DNA of 64,000 nucleotides from Marsupella aquatica. Its lineage: Eukaryota > Plantae > Marchantiophyta. The DNA is taken from NCBI GenBank assembly GCA_973895155.1, contig OZ316896.1, positions 4,469,925 to 4,533,924 on the forward strand. Reading direction: 5' to 3'. Shown here in pieces: positions 49,057 through 61,700 of the stretch (position 1 is its first letter; each line of letters starts with the position of its first letter). A program made the translations under genes and the position numbers. The notes below the pieces were generated by a model. That model was not told the DNA's origin and did not search any database. It worked only from the letters and a program-made list of their open reading frames with translations.

Positions 49057-51372
49057 CAGTGCAACTCTCATGATTCAGTACATGGTCATCCACCGGGTAC
49101 TACTGCCCCCGCTATCAATTCTGCAGCTGGTGTGACGTGGTGGTAATCTGTCATCATTGATCTCTAACACCTTTCTGTATCACTACCCGGGAGGCGAGTC
49201 TGGCTATTTCAATCTGTAATTGAAGATCTGCCTATGTACTGATTGGGGTTTAATTACCCGCCCACACCTGGCCCCTGTCAATTTGGATTTTAGGCTTGAG
49301 AATCGTGGAGAATGGAGCTGTCCCAGTGATTTTGAATGGCACTTTCGTCATAATATACTCGGAAATGATCTTCCGTCAGCTTGACTTGAGTCTCGGACAT
49401 TTCTGGGTGTGACCTGAAGGGTCCTGTTATCAGCCTATCCTCATCCCTACCGACAAACAGATGACTCATTTTCCTTATCTTAGCGATTATAAGTCCAGGT
49501 GGTTCATCTTGTCTCATTTTGCTTTTGGACTCTTATACAGCATTGCGCTCAGCCTAAGTGAATTGAAACTGATCAATAAGAAAATTCTGCAGCAAAGGGA
49601 TGGCTGACGATTGTATCACAACCCGGGTCGTGGAAGTTTTGAAAAAACAGGTCTCGAAAGGCACCACATAATTTTGGATTCGATGCCTGGGCAAAACGCG
49701 AGTCTCGTAACAGGTCTACAGTTACATGAAAATAATTTTCAATCGGGAGGGTTTGATATTAGGTTGATGCCTTCGGTAACTCAACAACTGTAGAGAGTGG
49801 CAGAGTGCGTTTGAAAATTGAATGTAAGCTAGCAGGTAACACTACTCGGTGAGAGCTTATTCCTAACTAGCAAATGACTCCACCGACAAGGCCTTGGCTC
49901 AACCTAGGTTGAATTTAAATGGTTACACTTGCTTCTGCATAGTCCCGAGTTCCTCATTGTGCTCACATCACACGTCGGAGTCATGTCTAGGCATGGGTTG
50001 GGTGAGGATCACCAGATTAGTAGAATTGTATTCACGCGCGTAGTGAATTTCCGGTACCACTCTGCGTTTCATAGAGTGTTCGACTTGTAGAAGGGAGTGA
50101 ACAGTAGTGGATGAACTCTTGGTCCAATTGTGAAGTTTTTTTTGCCATTGCTAGGTTGAGGACTCGTTTTGGAGCCATTTGATTAGTTCAGAGCAGGATG
50201 AGGACGTCGGTTGGTAGTGAACCTTTCTGGGAGGTGGTGGCCATCACCAACTTGTTCATATGACATATTGTTGATAATCTTGTATTCTTTCTTCCTGCTT
50301 ACTTCTTACTCTACTGTTATTGACGCCATGTCTTCTATCTTGGCGAAATTAACTCTGTTAGAATGCTTATTCCGGAAACAAAGTTTTGAACGAAGCAGTT
50401 TTGGAAATGGGACAGGTGAGTGGAGTATTAGTGTCTTGAATCGCATACTGAAAGCATGAAATCTCTGTAGAATGGCGCCATAGTATCTTCCAATTAGAGA
50501 CAGGAATATAAAGACCACGGTGTCTAGGAGAATGGAGATAATTGGAAGCATGTATTTATTTCTGGAAATGACTATCGTTTCCTGCAAATTGGAGATATTT
50601 GAAAGACTTGACGATCTCGAGAATTATCAAGAATTCTTACGGCGGAGACCTTGTCTTCTGAAGGGAGCCACGTGAATATAAAATTCGTTGAGTTTCTGTG
50701 AGTGAGTACTAGTTGGCTTTTCGTTTTCTTTCCATCGTAAGGTTTATATGTTATTCATCCTGATCCATTTTTTTACTTGCTCTGTTCTGATCGAAATTCA
50801 TCTGTATCATCTGCGGTACCAACTACACCAAAGTGAATCTACAGGACAAGCGGGAAGACCATAAAAAAGACTTAGTGTAAGGAAATCTCAGGCTCATAGT
50901 AGTACATCACCCAAAGCCAACCTTGGTACTATTTGTGGCTATTGCAATGTACTTAGTTTTCGGCCGTGCCAAGGAACCAGAGGGCAACGTCGGGTGCTGC
51001 TGTAATGTGAGGACAATTAATTGCAAAATTGTCACCAGAGTGTCCTTCATAAATCAATTGAATAAAGTATTCATCCAGTATTAGGTACGGTTGGAAATAC
51101 CCCGAACAGCCGCTAAGTTAACTTCCTGTTGTGGGTCTTCAGGTAACCATGTTAAAGAGAATGCACCTTGATTAGTGCCACTGACACAAAGATTAAATGA
51201 TTGAATCTTGGGGCCAGGCTTGGGAGGAGATTATAATTCCCAATGATGATACAAAAGAATACTCACAATGAGATTAACAATACGGATAAATCTTTAAGCA
51301 ATAAGCTATGTATAGTAAGTAGAGGGCATTTTTCTTTGCAACTGCAATGCTTGGAAGTGGAATCTTAGTGAC

Positions 51373-51515
51373 GCCTTTGCCCCAACTGCGGTAGACTATG
51401 CTGTAGAATTCTGACCACATCTCCTTTGGGTGAGGTTGTTTTTTTAAGTGGGGTATTAGTGACAGCCTTTGCCCCAACTGTGGTAGACTATGCTGGAGAA
51501 TTCTGACCACATCTC
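51373..51515. repeat. Short tandem duplication (~91-bp period)
   Basis: gcctttgcccca(c)actg.ggtagactatgctg.agaattctgaccacatctcctt x2. Confidence 0.7.
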
Positions 51516-53150
51516 CTTCAGGTGGGGGCACAGGTAGACAGGTTTGTAGTGATAGTGACTCATGGTTCAATTGAGTTTATAAGTAGTACTAAAGCTATTC
51601 CTTGGCCCTTCTATCTAGAGTGAAACTTCTAGACATTGACTCTAAGGACTTCAATAGATGAGGGTGCATTAAAAAAAGGAGGGATACGAGTGAACATGAA
51701 GGAGAGATGTCATGGAAAAAACAATTGCAAGGTTCTTTTTGTCCTTAGCCTTTATTTGTGTGCAAAAAATGAGTTATCCGTTGAGCAAAGACAACATTCA
51801 CAATTACAAGCCCATGATCCAATGTACAAATATTCGACGTAGAGAGGTACATGGTTGACCTCAGCTAGATTACCTCCATGGGATACAAGTTGGCCAACGG
51901 GCTTAGAGTGTCTTTGGAATACAAGTTGTCCTTTTCCTTCAACTGGTTTTGTAACAATGAGACTAAGTTCCTCCAATCCAAGCAAACACCACTTGATATG
52001 TAGTGTATAACATGATTAGCATAACCAAGTCTGTGACTAAGGGTAGCCCTAACTACGGTTACAATCGTAACACTAAATCTAAGAGTAAATGTTTAACATA
52101 TTTAGGCTAGTATGCATCAACTGGCAAGCTAGGTGGAAGAACACTTTCAATATGATCATTTTTATTACTCATTGGAAGTTCATCCATTGGGACAACCGCA
52201 CTAGGCATTTGGATGTTGTATTGTAAGTGGATTCATTTCTTGATGCTTGTGAGGTGGTTGCATAGGACACATGCCCTTTGCGCCGTCTTGACTTTAAGGA
52301 CAAGAAGTGTGTTTTTTGCTGCCCTTTTTATGGTGCTCATATGTGCTATGGCTTCTTTTTTGGTGTTTTTTGGTGCCCAAAGTTGCTGTTGTGGCTTTCT
52401 TTTTGGTGTTTTTTTGTGGGTGCTGCTGTGGCTTCCTTTTTGGTGCTGCTTTTGGGGGTACCCAGGGGTGCTGTTGCTTCCACTGGTGCTTCTTTGCTCT
52501 ATTCCTGAGGTCGCTCATCGTCTCTCGCTACTCACCGTGGGTTTTCATTGAACATACTCAATGAAATGAATAAAAGTTTGTTTTATAAAAAGTGCAGTGT
52601 TCTTTCTTTACATGATTTGTTTGTGAGGCACCTTCTGTGTAAGGTCAATAAAGTAACAGTTCACCATCGGATCGTTGTCAGTTCAGATGGATGGGACCAG
52701 CCTTTTTTTTTTGACGCGAAATTGTCAAATTCCACCTCCCCAAAAAACTTTTGTCACTTTTGGTAAAAAATTACTATTTTTTTTCTCTCTCATTAGCCAG
52801 TGTCCCACCTAATCACAGGCCCATTAGCCAAAATCTAACAGTAATCTTTAAATCTAAGGAGATGTGACAGTCAAAAAAATATTACAAGAAAATAAGATAA
52901 AAATTATTTTGAGCATCTTCTTTTTCACAAGACATTCGCCATTTTGCTACTCTGGCGAAAAAAGCTTTTAAAAATACGCTCGACTGGACTCATCAACGGG
53001 AGATGAGTTGATCTTTTAGGGTTATGATCCGATTCATTCATTCATTAATCATCCGGTTGATTAGCAAGGTGATGGTTACTATCCACCATCGATAGTAACC
53101 AGACGCAGTGACTCAAGCTCCCAGCCTTTGCGTGCAGGACCTACAAATTA

Positions 53151-53570
53151 AACACAGCCGCAGATGACCCACCGTACAGTCAAATTTTATTCCTAGCACT
53201 AACACAGCCGCAGACGACCCACCGTACAGTCAAATTTTATTCCTGGCACTAAAATTGACCCATTGTTAAAACCATGTTTTGCATAGACTTGTTTCACAAA
53301 TATACTTGATTGATTTAAAATAAAAATTGCTACTGGATGGATCCCATGAGTAATCTAGACCAGTTGATAATTAAATTAATGTACCCAACATCTCATGGGT
53401 CCATAAATACCACTGTTCAATTGTGGGGTCTTTTAAGCATATCTTTCTACTTGTTCCTAAAGTTCATCAAAAGATTGTACCCAAAATCTCATGGGTCCAT
53501 AAATACCACTGTTCAGTTTTGGGGTCTTTTAAGTATATCTTTCTACTGGTTCCTACAGTTCATCAAAAAG
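53151..53570. repeat. Two short tandem duplications (50-bp and ~97-bp periods)
   Basis: aacacagccgcaga...gcact x2; tgtaccca..atctcatgggtccataaataccactg x2. Confidence 0.7.
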
Positions 53571-54170
53571 GCTGAATTCCACCAGATCTCTACTAGGGAG
53601 TCTCAAACCTGTAGGTCAGAAGTTGCAAGAAAATTCACCCCTCAACCTTCAATGAAACTTACTATTTGGAGCAAACTTTATCCTGGGGTTTTTGGTTTGA
53701 AATGGGTCACAACACCAAGGAATGGGTGGCAACACCACAGTCCATACAGGTTAACTCAACATCATAGAGGAAACCTACTGTAGCATTCGTGCACCTCAAT
53801 TTTTTGGGACCTGCAGAGTTTTGACCCCAAACCTGGCCTGCAGCATTGAAGTCACCTAAAATCTCCATGGAAGTGCTCGTTGGAAACGTGCTTTTTACCT
53901 TGACCCCATTATTTTGGGTCACTTTTGTTGGAAACGTGTCGTTTACTCTTTTTAGAGATAGATCTACCGTTGAAGCGAACAGATCAAACATGAACAATTC
54001 CACGACACTGAAGCCACTGGATGGGCAGGGCAGAACCAGAGTAAGCTCTGTGCGGATCTGCTGCAGCGAGTTGAGAACGAGGCAGTAACAATATTCCTCT
54101 TCACTTCACATCCGCACATATCAGCTCTGACTCACATCTTTCTGCAAAAGACCTGATGCGGTAGTGGTTC

Positions 54171-55661
54171 ATGTTAGCACTTCCGATCGCTCGCCTGGCT
54201 CGGTGCGCTTTTCAGGTCCGTGCTGTACCCACTCCGGATCTGCGTCCTCTCTCTGCCCCCACTCCGCCATCGCGACGAGGGATCCGCCTCCTGCCCGGCG
54301 TGACGACCATAAATCGCTCGTTCTGTGCTCCTCCTGCCTCTACCTCTCGGGTGCGTGCGAATTATTTTGCCTCTCATTCTGGACTCTCTTCTCATTCTGA
54401 GTACTCTTCTGTAGCGGGAGCGATGGCGTTCAAGAAGATCAAGGTCGACAACCCCGTCGTGGAGATGGACGGGGACGAGATGACGCGAATCATCTGGCAG
54501 ATGATCAAGGAGAAGCTGATTCTTCCGTTCGTGGACGTGGAGCTGAAGTACTTTGATTTAGGGATTACGCACAGGGACGCCACGGACGACCAGGTGACAG
54601 TCGAGAGCGCCAAGGCCACGCTGAAATACAACGTGGCTGTGAAGTGTGCGACGATCACTCCCGATGAGGGGCGCGTCAAGGAGTTCGGCCTCAAAGCGAT
54701 GTGGAAGAGTCCGAACGGCACAATCCGGAATATATTGGACGGTACGATTTTCCGCGAGCCGATTTTGTGCAAGAACATCCCCCGGCCCGTGTCCCCCTGG
54801 AACACCCCAATCTGCATCGGCAGACATGCGCACGCAGACCAGTACAGAGCGACCGATCTCGTCATAAAAGGGCCCGGAAAGCTGAAATTGGTCTACGTTC
54901 CGGAGGATGGAAAGGAAGAGACAGATCTGGAGGTGTTCCAGTTCACGGGTGCCGGAGGCGTCGGTCTAGCGATGTACAACACAGATGAGTCCATCCGGGC
55001 CTTCGCCAAGAGCTCAATGACAGTAGCACTCGCGAAGAAGTGGCCACTATATCTAAGCACGAAGAATACTATCCTTAAGAAGTATGATGGGAGATTCAAA
55101 GATATCTTCCAAGAGGTCTTTGAGGCAGAGTATGAAGCGAAATTCAAGGAGGCAGGGATTTGGTACGAGCACCGCCTGATCGATGACATGGTGGCCTATG
55201 CTATCAAGAGTGATGGTGGCTACGTTTGGGCTTGCAAAAATTATGATGGAGATGTGCAAAGTGATATGCTCGCGCAGGGATTTGGGTCTCTGGGGCTAAT
55301 GACATCAATTCTTATGGCTCCGGATGGGAAGACTCTGGAGTCTGAGGCTGCCCATGGAACCGTGACGAGGCATTACAGAGTGCATCAGAAGGGTGGAGAG
55401 ACGAGCACCAACAGCATAGCGTCGATTTTTGCCTGGACTAGGGGACTTGGCCACAGGGCCAAGCTCGACGGGAACACCGCATTGGCTGATTTTTCGGAGA
55501 AGCTTGAAGCTGCCTGTGTAGGGACAGTGGAGGCCGGAAAATACACCAAGGATCTGGCGCTCCTTGTGAAGGGTCCCAAGATGAAACGGGAGGACTATCT
55601 GAACACAGAGGAGTTCATCGATGCGGTCGCAGATGACTTGAAGAAGAGATTGTCAGCATAG
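54171..55661 (+). CDS. IDH: NADP-dependent isocitrate dehydrogenase, intronless, with putative organellar transit peptide (alternative start 54423)
   Basis: [69 protein letters not shown]. Confidence 0.96.
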   Translation: MLALPIARLARCAFQVRAVPTPDLRPLSAPTPPSRRGIRLLPGVTTINRSFCAPPASTSRVRANYFASHSGLSSHSEYSSVAGAMAFKKIKVDNPVVEMDGDEMTRIIWQMIKEKLILPFVDVELKYFDLGITHRDATDDQVTVESAKATLKYNVAVKCATITPDEGRVKEFGLKAMWKSPNGTIRNILDGTIFREPILCKNIPRPVSPWNTPICIGRHAHADQYRATDLVIKGPGKLKLVYVPEDGKEETDLEVFQFTGAGGVGLAMYNTDESIRAFAKSSMTVALAKKWPLYLSTKNTILKKYDGRFKDIFQEVFEAEYEAKFKEAGIWYEHRLIDDMVAYAIKSDGGYVWACKNYDGDVQSDMLAQGFGSLGLMTSILMAPDGKTLESEAAHGTVTRHYRVHQKGGETSTNSIASIFAWTRGLGHRAKLDGNTALADFSEKLEAACVGTVEAGKYTKDLALLVKGPKMKREDYLNTEEFIDAVADDLKKRLSA

Positions 55662-57124
55662 GATGCCTCTTGAGCTCAGTTTCGTGGGATAGTTGAGATG
55701 ATGAGGTGAGAGCGGTTCGTTCATTGGTTGCAGAGTATTTGACGGAAAGCTTGATCATCTCAGAGTTCCGAATCGGATGCCTGATTTATCAAGTAGCCGG
55801 GACAGATAAGGCCATATCTCTTTGGGAATCTTTCATTTGATGTGTTTTGGAATGCCATTTTGTAACACAGGAGAGACCAAAATTTGCGATCGTGGGAATC
55901 AACCCAGTTATCAGTTACGGAGGGCCGGTTGCTGGGAAAAAATAGAGCACCGATTTGGTCAATCCTTCCGAAGTGCTTCGCTTGGTTAATGCCGATTGAT
56001 TCCTGGTCAATGCCAGTCCCAAACGTGTTTGCTTGTACTGAATGATTTCGTTTACCCGACACTACTGAGGCATAATAATGCCGATTGATATGGTCTAAGG
56101 TCTCCGAGAGGGTTGAGGGTATGCGAATGGGTTAGGAATAAAGTCGTGCAATTTTTGCTGCGCGCGGGTACTCGTTTGTGGAACAGTTCCAGATCTAAAG
56201 CAAAAGTGTAGCGAACAATGCAATCAAATCATGATAGGGAGCTATTGGTGCCCGATTATCATCATATCTCAGTCCTTTATGATTAGTAAAATTTGCCCTT
56301 CAGGTGGGACAAAGTGTTCCTGCGGAGATCGAGGGACTTGAGCATAATATCTTAGTAAAAAGGCGAAGAGCCACAAAGAACGTCAACAGGAGTTGATGTC
56401 GTGGGATGTGGCAAGAGGAGACTGGTAATAACAGTCACCTAGAAATGTATCAAAGAATCTCCCTGACGAAGTGAACAATGCTTTGCAATCTAACAACCAC
56501 AATAACTCGCCTTTCAATTGTGAGAGTTTAACGAAATGGTTTAGGAAGTTTGCTCCGAAGGTTTTCAAAAGAGATGTCCCACGAACATAAGCGAGCCTGG
56601 CAAAGTAAAATTTGCTTCGTAGTTTGTTGTGGTCTAAGTTGCGCAGATCGAGTTGGGTCTAAGCAGCAAATATTTGCTTGGATTGTAAAATATCACTTGC
56701 TCGAGTTGGACTACTGCAATCAAGCTGATCTCACGGAGCATCGAGTCTCGGCTCACAATGCTACATTTTGGAGGTCTACTTGTCTTCCATAGCAGTTTTA
56801 CTTACCAAATCTCTACGTCGTTGGTCCACATCAAGCAAGTCTGCGGCAGCTTGAACGAAACGACACGTATCTGAACATGGGCCATGTGCATGGACATTAT
56901 TTCTTGAAACCTACTAGTTACAGGACCAGCTACAATAGAAGGCCTGCAAATCTGTAAAATCACGGACAATTACTGTACATGTCAACCTGCCGCCCCTAGC
57001 AGTATCAGCAATTCGATAATGTCAATCGACCATGTGCTGGACTGTATTTTAAGCTCTCGTGAATTATTTGTGTGACAGTCTTAGTGAACTATCCACCTTT
57101 ATCCATAGCTGTGGTGGGTTTCTG

Positions 57125-57370
57125 ATATATAAACTTAAAAAATCCTTGAGAGTTTGGGCTGGGCTCCAGATTACCCGGAAAGAGTTTGGGAAATGGAATT
57201 TTGATTTCCCCAAGTCAATCAGGGAAAGTGAATTTTGAATTCTCATTTTGATATATAAACTTAAATAACACTTCCCTGACGAGTTTGGGCTAGGCTCCAA
57301 ATTATCCCCAAAAGAGTTTGGGAAATGGAATTTTAATCTCCCAAGTCAATCAGGGAAAGTGAAATTTAAC
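57125..57370. repeat. Tandem duplication (~123-135 bp)
   Basis: gatatataaacttaaa...gagtttgggct.ggctcca...ccaagtcaatcagggaaagtgaa x2. Confidence 0.7.
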
Positions 57371-58711
57371 TTCTCAAGAGAACAGGACAGTAACTCACAT
57401 GAATCCCCATTTTGTAGGTACAGTCACAGTAAACTAGACAATCATTTGATCTTAATGAGTTGAATTAAAAAATTAATTAGTTTGTGGACCAGTGCTTTAA
57501 TGTTTGTGAGGAAAACTAACAAATGTTCTCCCACTAAGGTTGTTGGAATTCAATTTTCATGTTTGGCTCTACCGAGCAAACCACCTTTATACCTTACATT
57601 GCAAGCTTGCATTCATCCTGTGACACTTCAAGCCATACATTTCCAACAATCCTTAAGATGAGTTAGGGTTGAGCTCATGAATTGGCTCGACATGCAAGAG
57701 GCTTGGTCTTAAAGTAATGGTGTTGATTGTGTTGGGCCATTGTTAGCCCAACACAATGCATCGAGCCCACCCCAAGAATGAGAGAAGACATGCCGACTTG
57801 AATCGGGCCCACCAGAGGAACGGCAGTAGATGCCATTGGTACCACCACAGAACCCCGATTGTAGTTGCCAATGAAACGAATGGAGGAATCAAAACAAGTG
57901 CTCCCAAAGGCTGACTGAGGGAAGCAAGAGCTCACAACGAGATAACGCTCTTGCACAACACTAGAACTGGAGGAATCAAACGAGCGCTCGTGCTGCGTCT
58001 TCAGTCTTGTGCTGCTCTTGCAACCGGGCTTGCAACACAACGAGTACTAATAGACTAATAGTTTCATACCTGTGCATTGCACTAGTTCATCAAAAGATGG
58101 CATTGTGTAAAAGATATCATCTACAGAAAAAAGATCATTGTGTAAAAGATGTGGTGTGTAGAATATATGATTGCGCACAAAATGTTGTTGTATAAAAACT
58201 TTCGCTGAACAAAAGATGATATTATGTGGGATATTATGTAAAACTATAATAGAATGTTCCTGGGGTTGTTTGCACTGGTTGTCCATTAATTTGCCGTGTC
58301 ATTTTCAGTGTAAAAAACCAAAAGAACAAAAACAGCAAAAGCAATCATGCCCAAAAGAAATAGTAAAGATGGGGGCACGGGCGTCGATGGCAAGGTGCCG
58401 GGAAAGAAGAACACCTTGCAATGCAGGGCAGCCTTCCAAGGGAAGCAGTGAGTGGGAGGTGGGAGTGTGGGGAGAGACAGCAAATGTGAAAAAGAGGAAG
58501 CAGGAGAAATAGTGAAAAAGGGGTGGGGGTTAAGGTTTAAAAGGCACAAAGGAGGGGGGCAAAAAGACAGGAAAAAGCCATTCTCATTCGTTTGTACTTT
58601 GGTCCGTATTGCCAATCTTTTTTGCAATGATATATTTTACTCAATGACATTCTCACAATGAGATCTTTCTAGCAAAATTCACTTACTCAACAATATAGTT
58701 TTTGTACCACG

Positions 58712-61700
58712 TGTTATACATAAACTTCAACTGAATCCCAGCTTCTCCCTAGGGTGTTTTATATATAGTGGCAAGGGGTACAAGGTTCCTAACCATGCAT
58801 GGTTAGGTTGGGACTAACTATGGTATCTTAACACTCCCCCTTGATTGTATTATGGGAGTAATGCAAGCAACTCTATATTAGTTAAGTTCTCCAACAAAAA
58901 TCTTATGTATTGTATTTTGTTCTTATGTAGGTGTTGCCTCATTAACCCTCTCATACTCCTGCGAAGGAAAAAGTACAACCACCTTTACTAATAAGAGTAC
59001 AAAAGTTTATGACTATGGAGAGTTAAGTATTATGTTTAATCTCTGAGTTTTTATAGTCTACGTAAACCTATGCCTTGACAATGAATACTATGTAGTGTTG
59101 GAGTCAAGGTTTTTGTGAATAAATCTGCATGGTTGTCTTTGCTCGCAATTGTCTTCACTTGAATGGTGTCTCCTTGTTGTTCGTGGGTGAAGAAGAATTT
59201 TTGTGCGATATGCTTGATGCGATCTCCTTTAATGAATCCTTTTGAGACCTGCTCAACACATGCTTGATTGTCTTTGAATAGTGTAGTAGGTTCAGTTAGT
59301 GGTGGTAAGCCGCAGTTTGTATTAATATGGTCAATTATTCTTCTTAGCCAAATACATTCTCTGCTGGCTTCATATAGTGCAATGATCTCAGTGTGGTTAG
59401 ATGAAGTACAAGTTAGAGTTTGTTTAGTGCTTTTCCAAGAAATAGACGTATTACCATATAAAAATATGTAACCAGTCTGTGATTTAGCGTTGTCTGGGTC
59501 TGATAAATATCCAGTGTCCGCGTAGCCTATTAAGGTCTTATTAGTGTTATTAGGGAAATATAGTCCCATATCAATGGTTCCTAGCTTGAAGGTAAAACGC
59601 ATTATTCTTTTTATGTCATTCCAGTGACGTATGGTAGGTTGTGTACTGTGTCTGGCTAATAGGTTTACTGCAAAAGAAATATCCGGTCGTGTCTGGTTGG
59701 CTAAAAACACGAGTGCTCCTATTGTTGATAAATATGGTTTTTCAGGACCGAGTAGTGGTTTGTTTTTGTTTCTCTTCCTGAATGCATCATTGTCTCTGTC
59801 TAGAGATCATACTTCCATAGGGGAAGTGAGAGGATGTGCCTTGCCCATATTGAATTGTTTGAGGATTTTGGTGGTGTAAGTACTCTGATGTAAAAGTATA
59901 CCATCAGATAAGTGTCCAAACTATTGGCCCAGGCAAACAGTAATGAGTTTGGCCTAAGTCTTTCATCTCAAACACGCGTTTTAGTATCTCGATGATATGT
60001 TGTAATAAGCTCACATGTCCAAATAGGTTAATGTCATCTACATAGATGGCAATAATTATCAAAAATCCTTCATCATGTTTTTTAATGAATAAACAAGGAG
60101 CAATGTCTTCATTAGTAAAACCCATATTCAACACTTCATCTCTAAATCTCTGATATCACATTCTTCTGCTTTGCTTTAGTCCATATAAAGATCTCATGAT
60201 CTGGACAACATATCCATCCTTGGCCAAAGGCATGGATTTATGTATTGGAGGGACAATAGGTCCACTCTTAGGAAGGACAATAGGTCCACTCCATGGTGTT
60301 TGAAGAACTATAGGTCCATGCCCCGTTTTCCATTCCTGGGGTCTTTTAGTGGTATAAGGTAGAAATGTGGATGTGGTAAGGTTTTTCTTTGTCTTATGCT
60401 CCCCTTGAATATGATGTGTTCCTCTTTATTAATTCTTGGGGTGCTTTCATGTATATAGTAGTATCCAGTAATCCATATAAATATGTCACTTGTTACAACA
60501 TCCATCTAATGCATCATTAGTCTATGACCTAGGGAAAAGTCAACTAGGTATCTATAGGTTATTGTATCCATCACTGGTGCATACGTCAAGTCAAAGTCAT
60601 GCCCAGGTATTACAAGTGTGTATCCTTTTGCAGCAAGGCATGCTTTATATCTTGCAACTTGGCCTTGGGTGTTTCTCTTTTCTACAAATGTCCACTTGTA
60701 ATCCGTTAAGTGGGTATTTGGTGGTGCTAGGACTATAGGTCCAAACACTTGGCTTTTAATCAGTGAATCCATTCAATTAGGAATTAATTGCTTTTTCCCA
60801 TTCTGACCAATCTGGGCTTTTCTGTGCCTCACTAATCGTTTTAGGGTCAGGCTGTGTATTCATGATATTTTGGGAAATGTGGAATGCAAAGTTGTCGTCC
60901 ATGGGAATATTATTTCTATTATATACTATCCCAGTATTCATGTAGTGAATTGAGATTTCTTTGTTTTCTGGGATTTCCACAGGATATGGTGTGAGTATCA
61001 CCTCTGGTATTACGGGTGAAGTTGTTGTGGTTCTTTTTCTTTCTTGGTTGGGTATCTTTAGATCCCAAAGGATGTCCACGTTTTGCTCTTGGTGGTTGGT
61101 CCGTGGCTAGTTGTGTTAATTTTTGCAAATGTAGGAGCATTTGTAGCAGGTAAGTGTGATCTCGTCACCTGTGCAATATCTGTAAATGCATCTGGCATTT
61201 GCTCCATAGTCTTTGTCAATTGCAATATCATGTGGACTTCTTCTTTATTTTGTTGTGTCTGTGGATTGTTCCAGATAGTGGACTGAGTTTGTCATCGTAA
61301 TTCTAAGTTACAAGGTCGTTCAAATTGTGGTTTCCCTTCAAATAATTTGGGGAAAATGTCTTCGTAAAAATGACAGTCAGGGAACCTTGCTTGAGAGACA
61401 TCGGCGGTTGATGGTTCTAAGTACCTGATTATGGATGGTGATTTGAAACCAACGTATATGCCTTCTTGTCTTTGAGGTCCCATCGTAGTACGTTTAGGTC
61501 TCATTATGGGACAGTTAGTACTTGGCAACCAAAAGTATTGACGTGGGATAAGTTAGGGTCTACTCTAAAAGCTAAGTGGTGTGGAGTTTGGTCATTGTAC
61601 GCCGATGGGCGATATTTAAGTAGATCTGTTGCATATAATACAACATGACCCCAGACAGTTGTGGGTAATTGTGTCTGCATGAGCATGGGTCTTGTTGTCA

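Noticed and set aside
52200-52570. Cys/Phe-rich ORFs (also 58171-58661)
   Set aside because: Low-complexity T/G-rich or A-rich non-coding sequence, probably TE debris, with no domain support.
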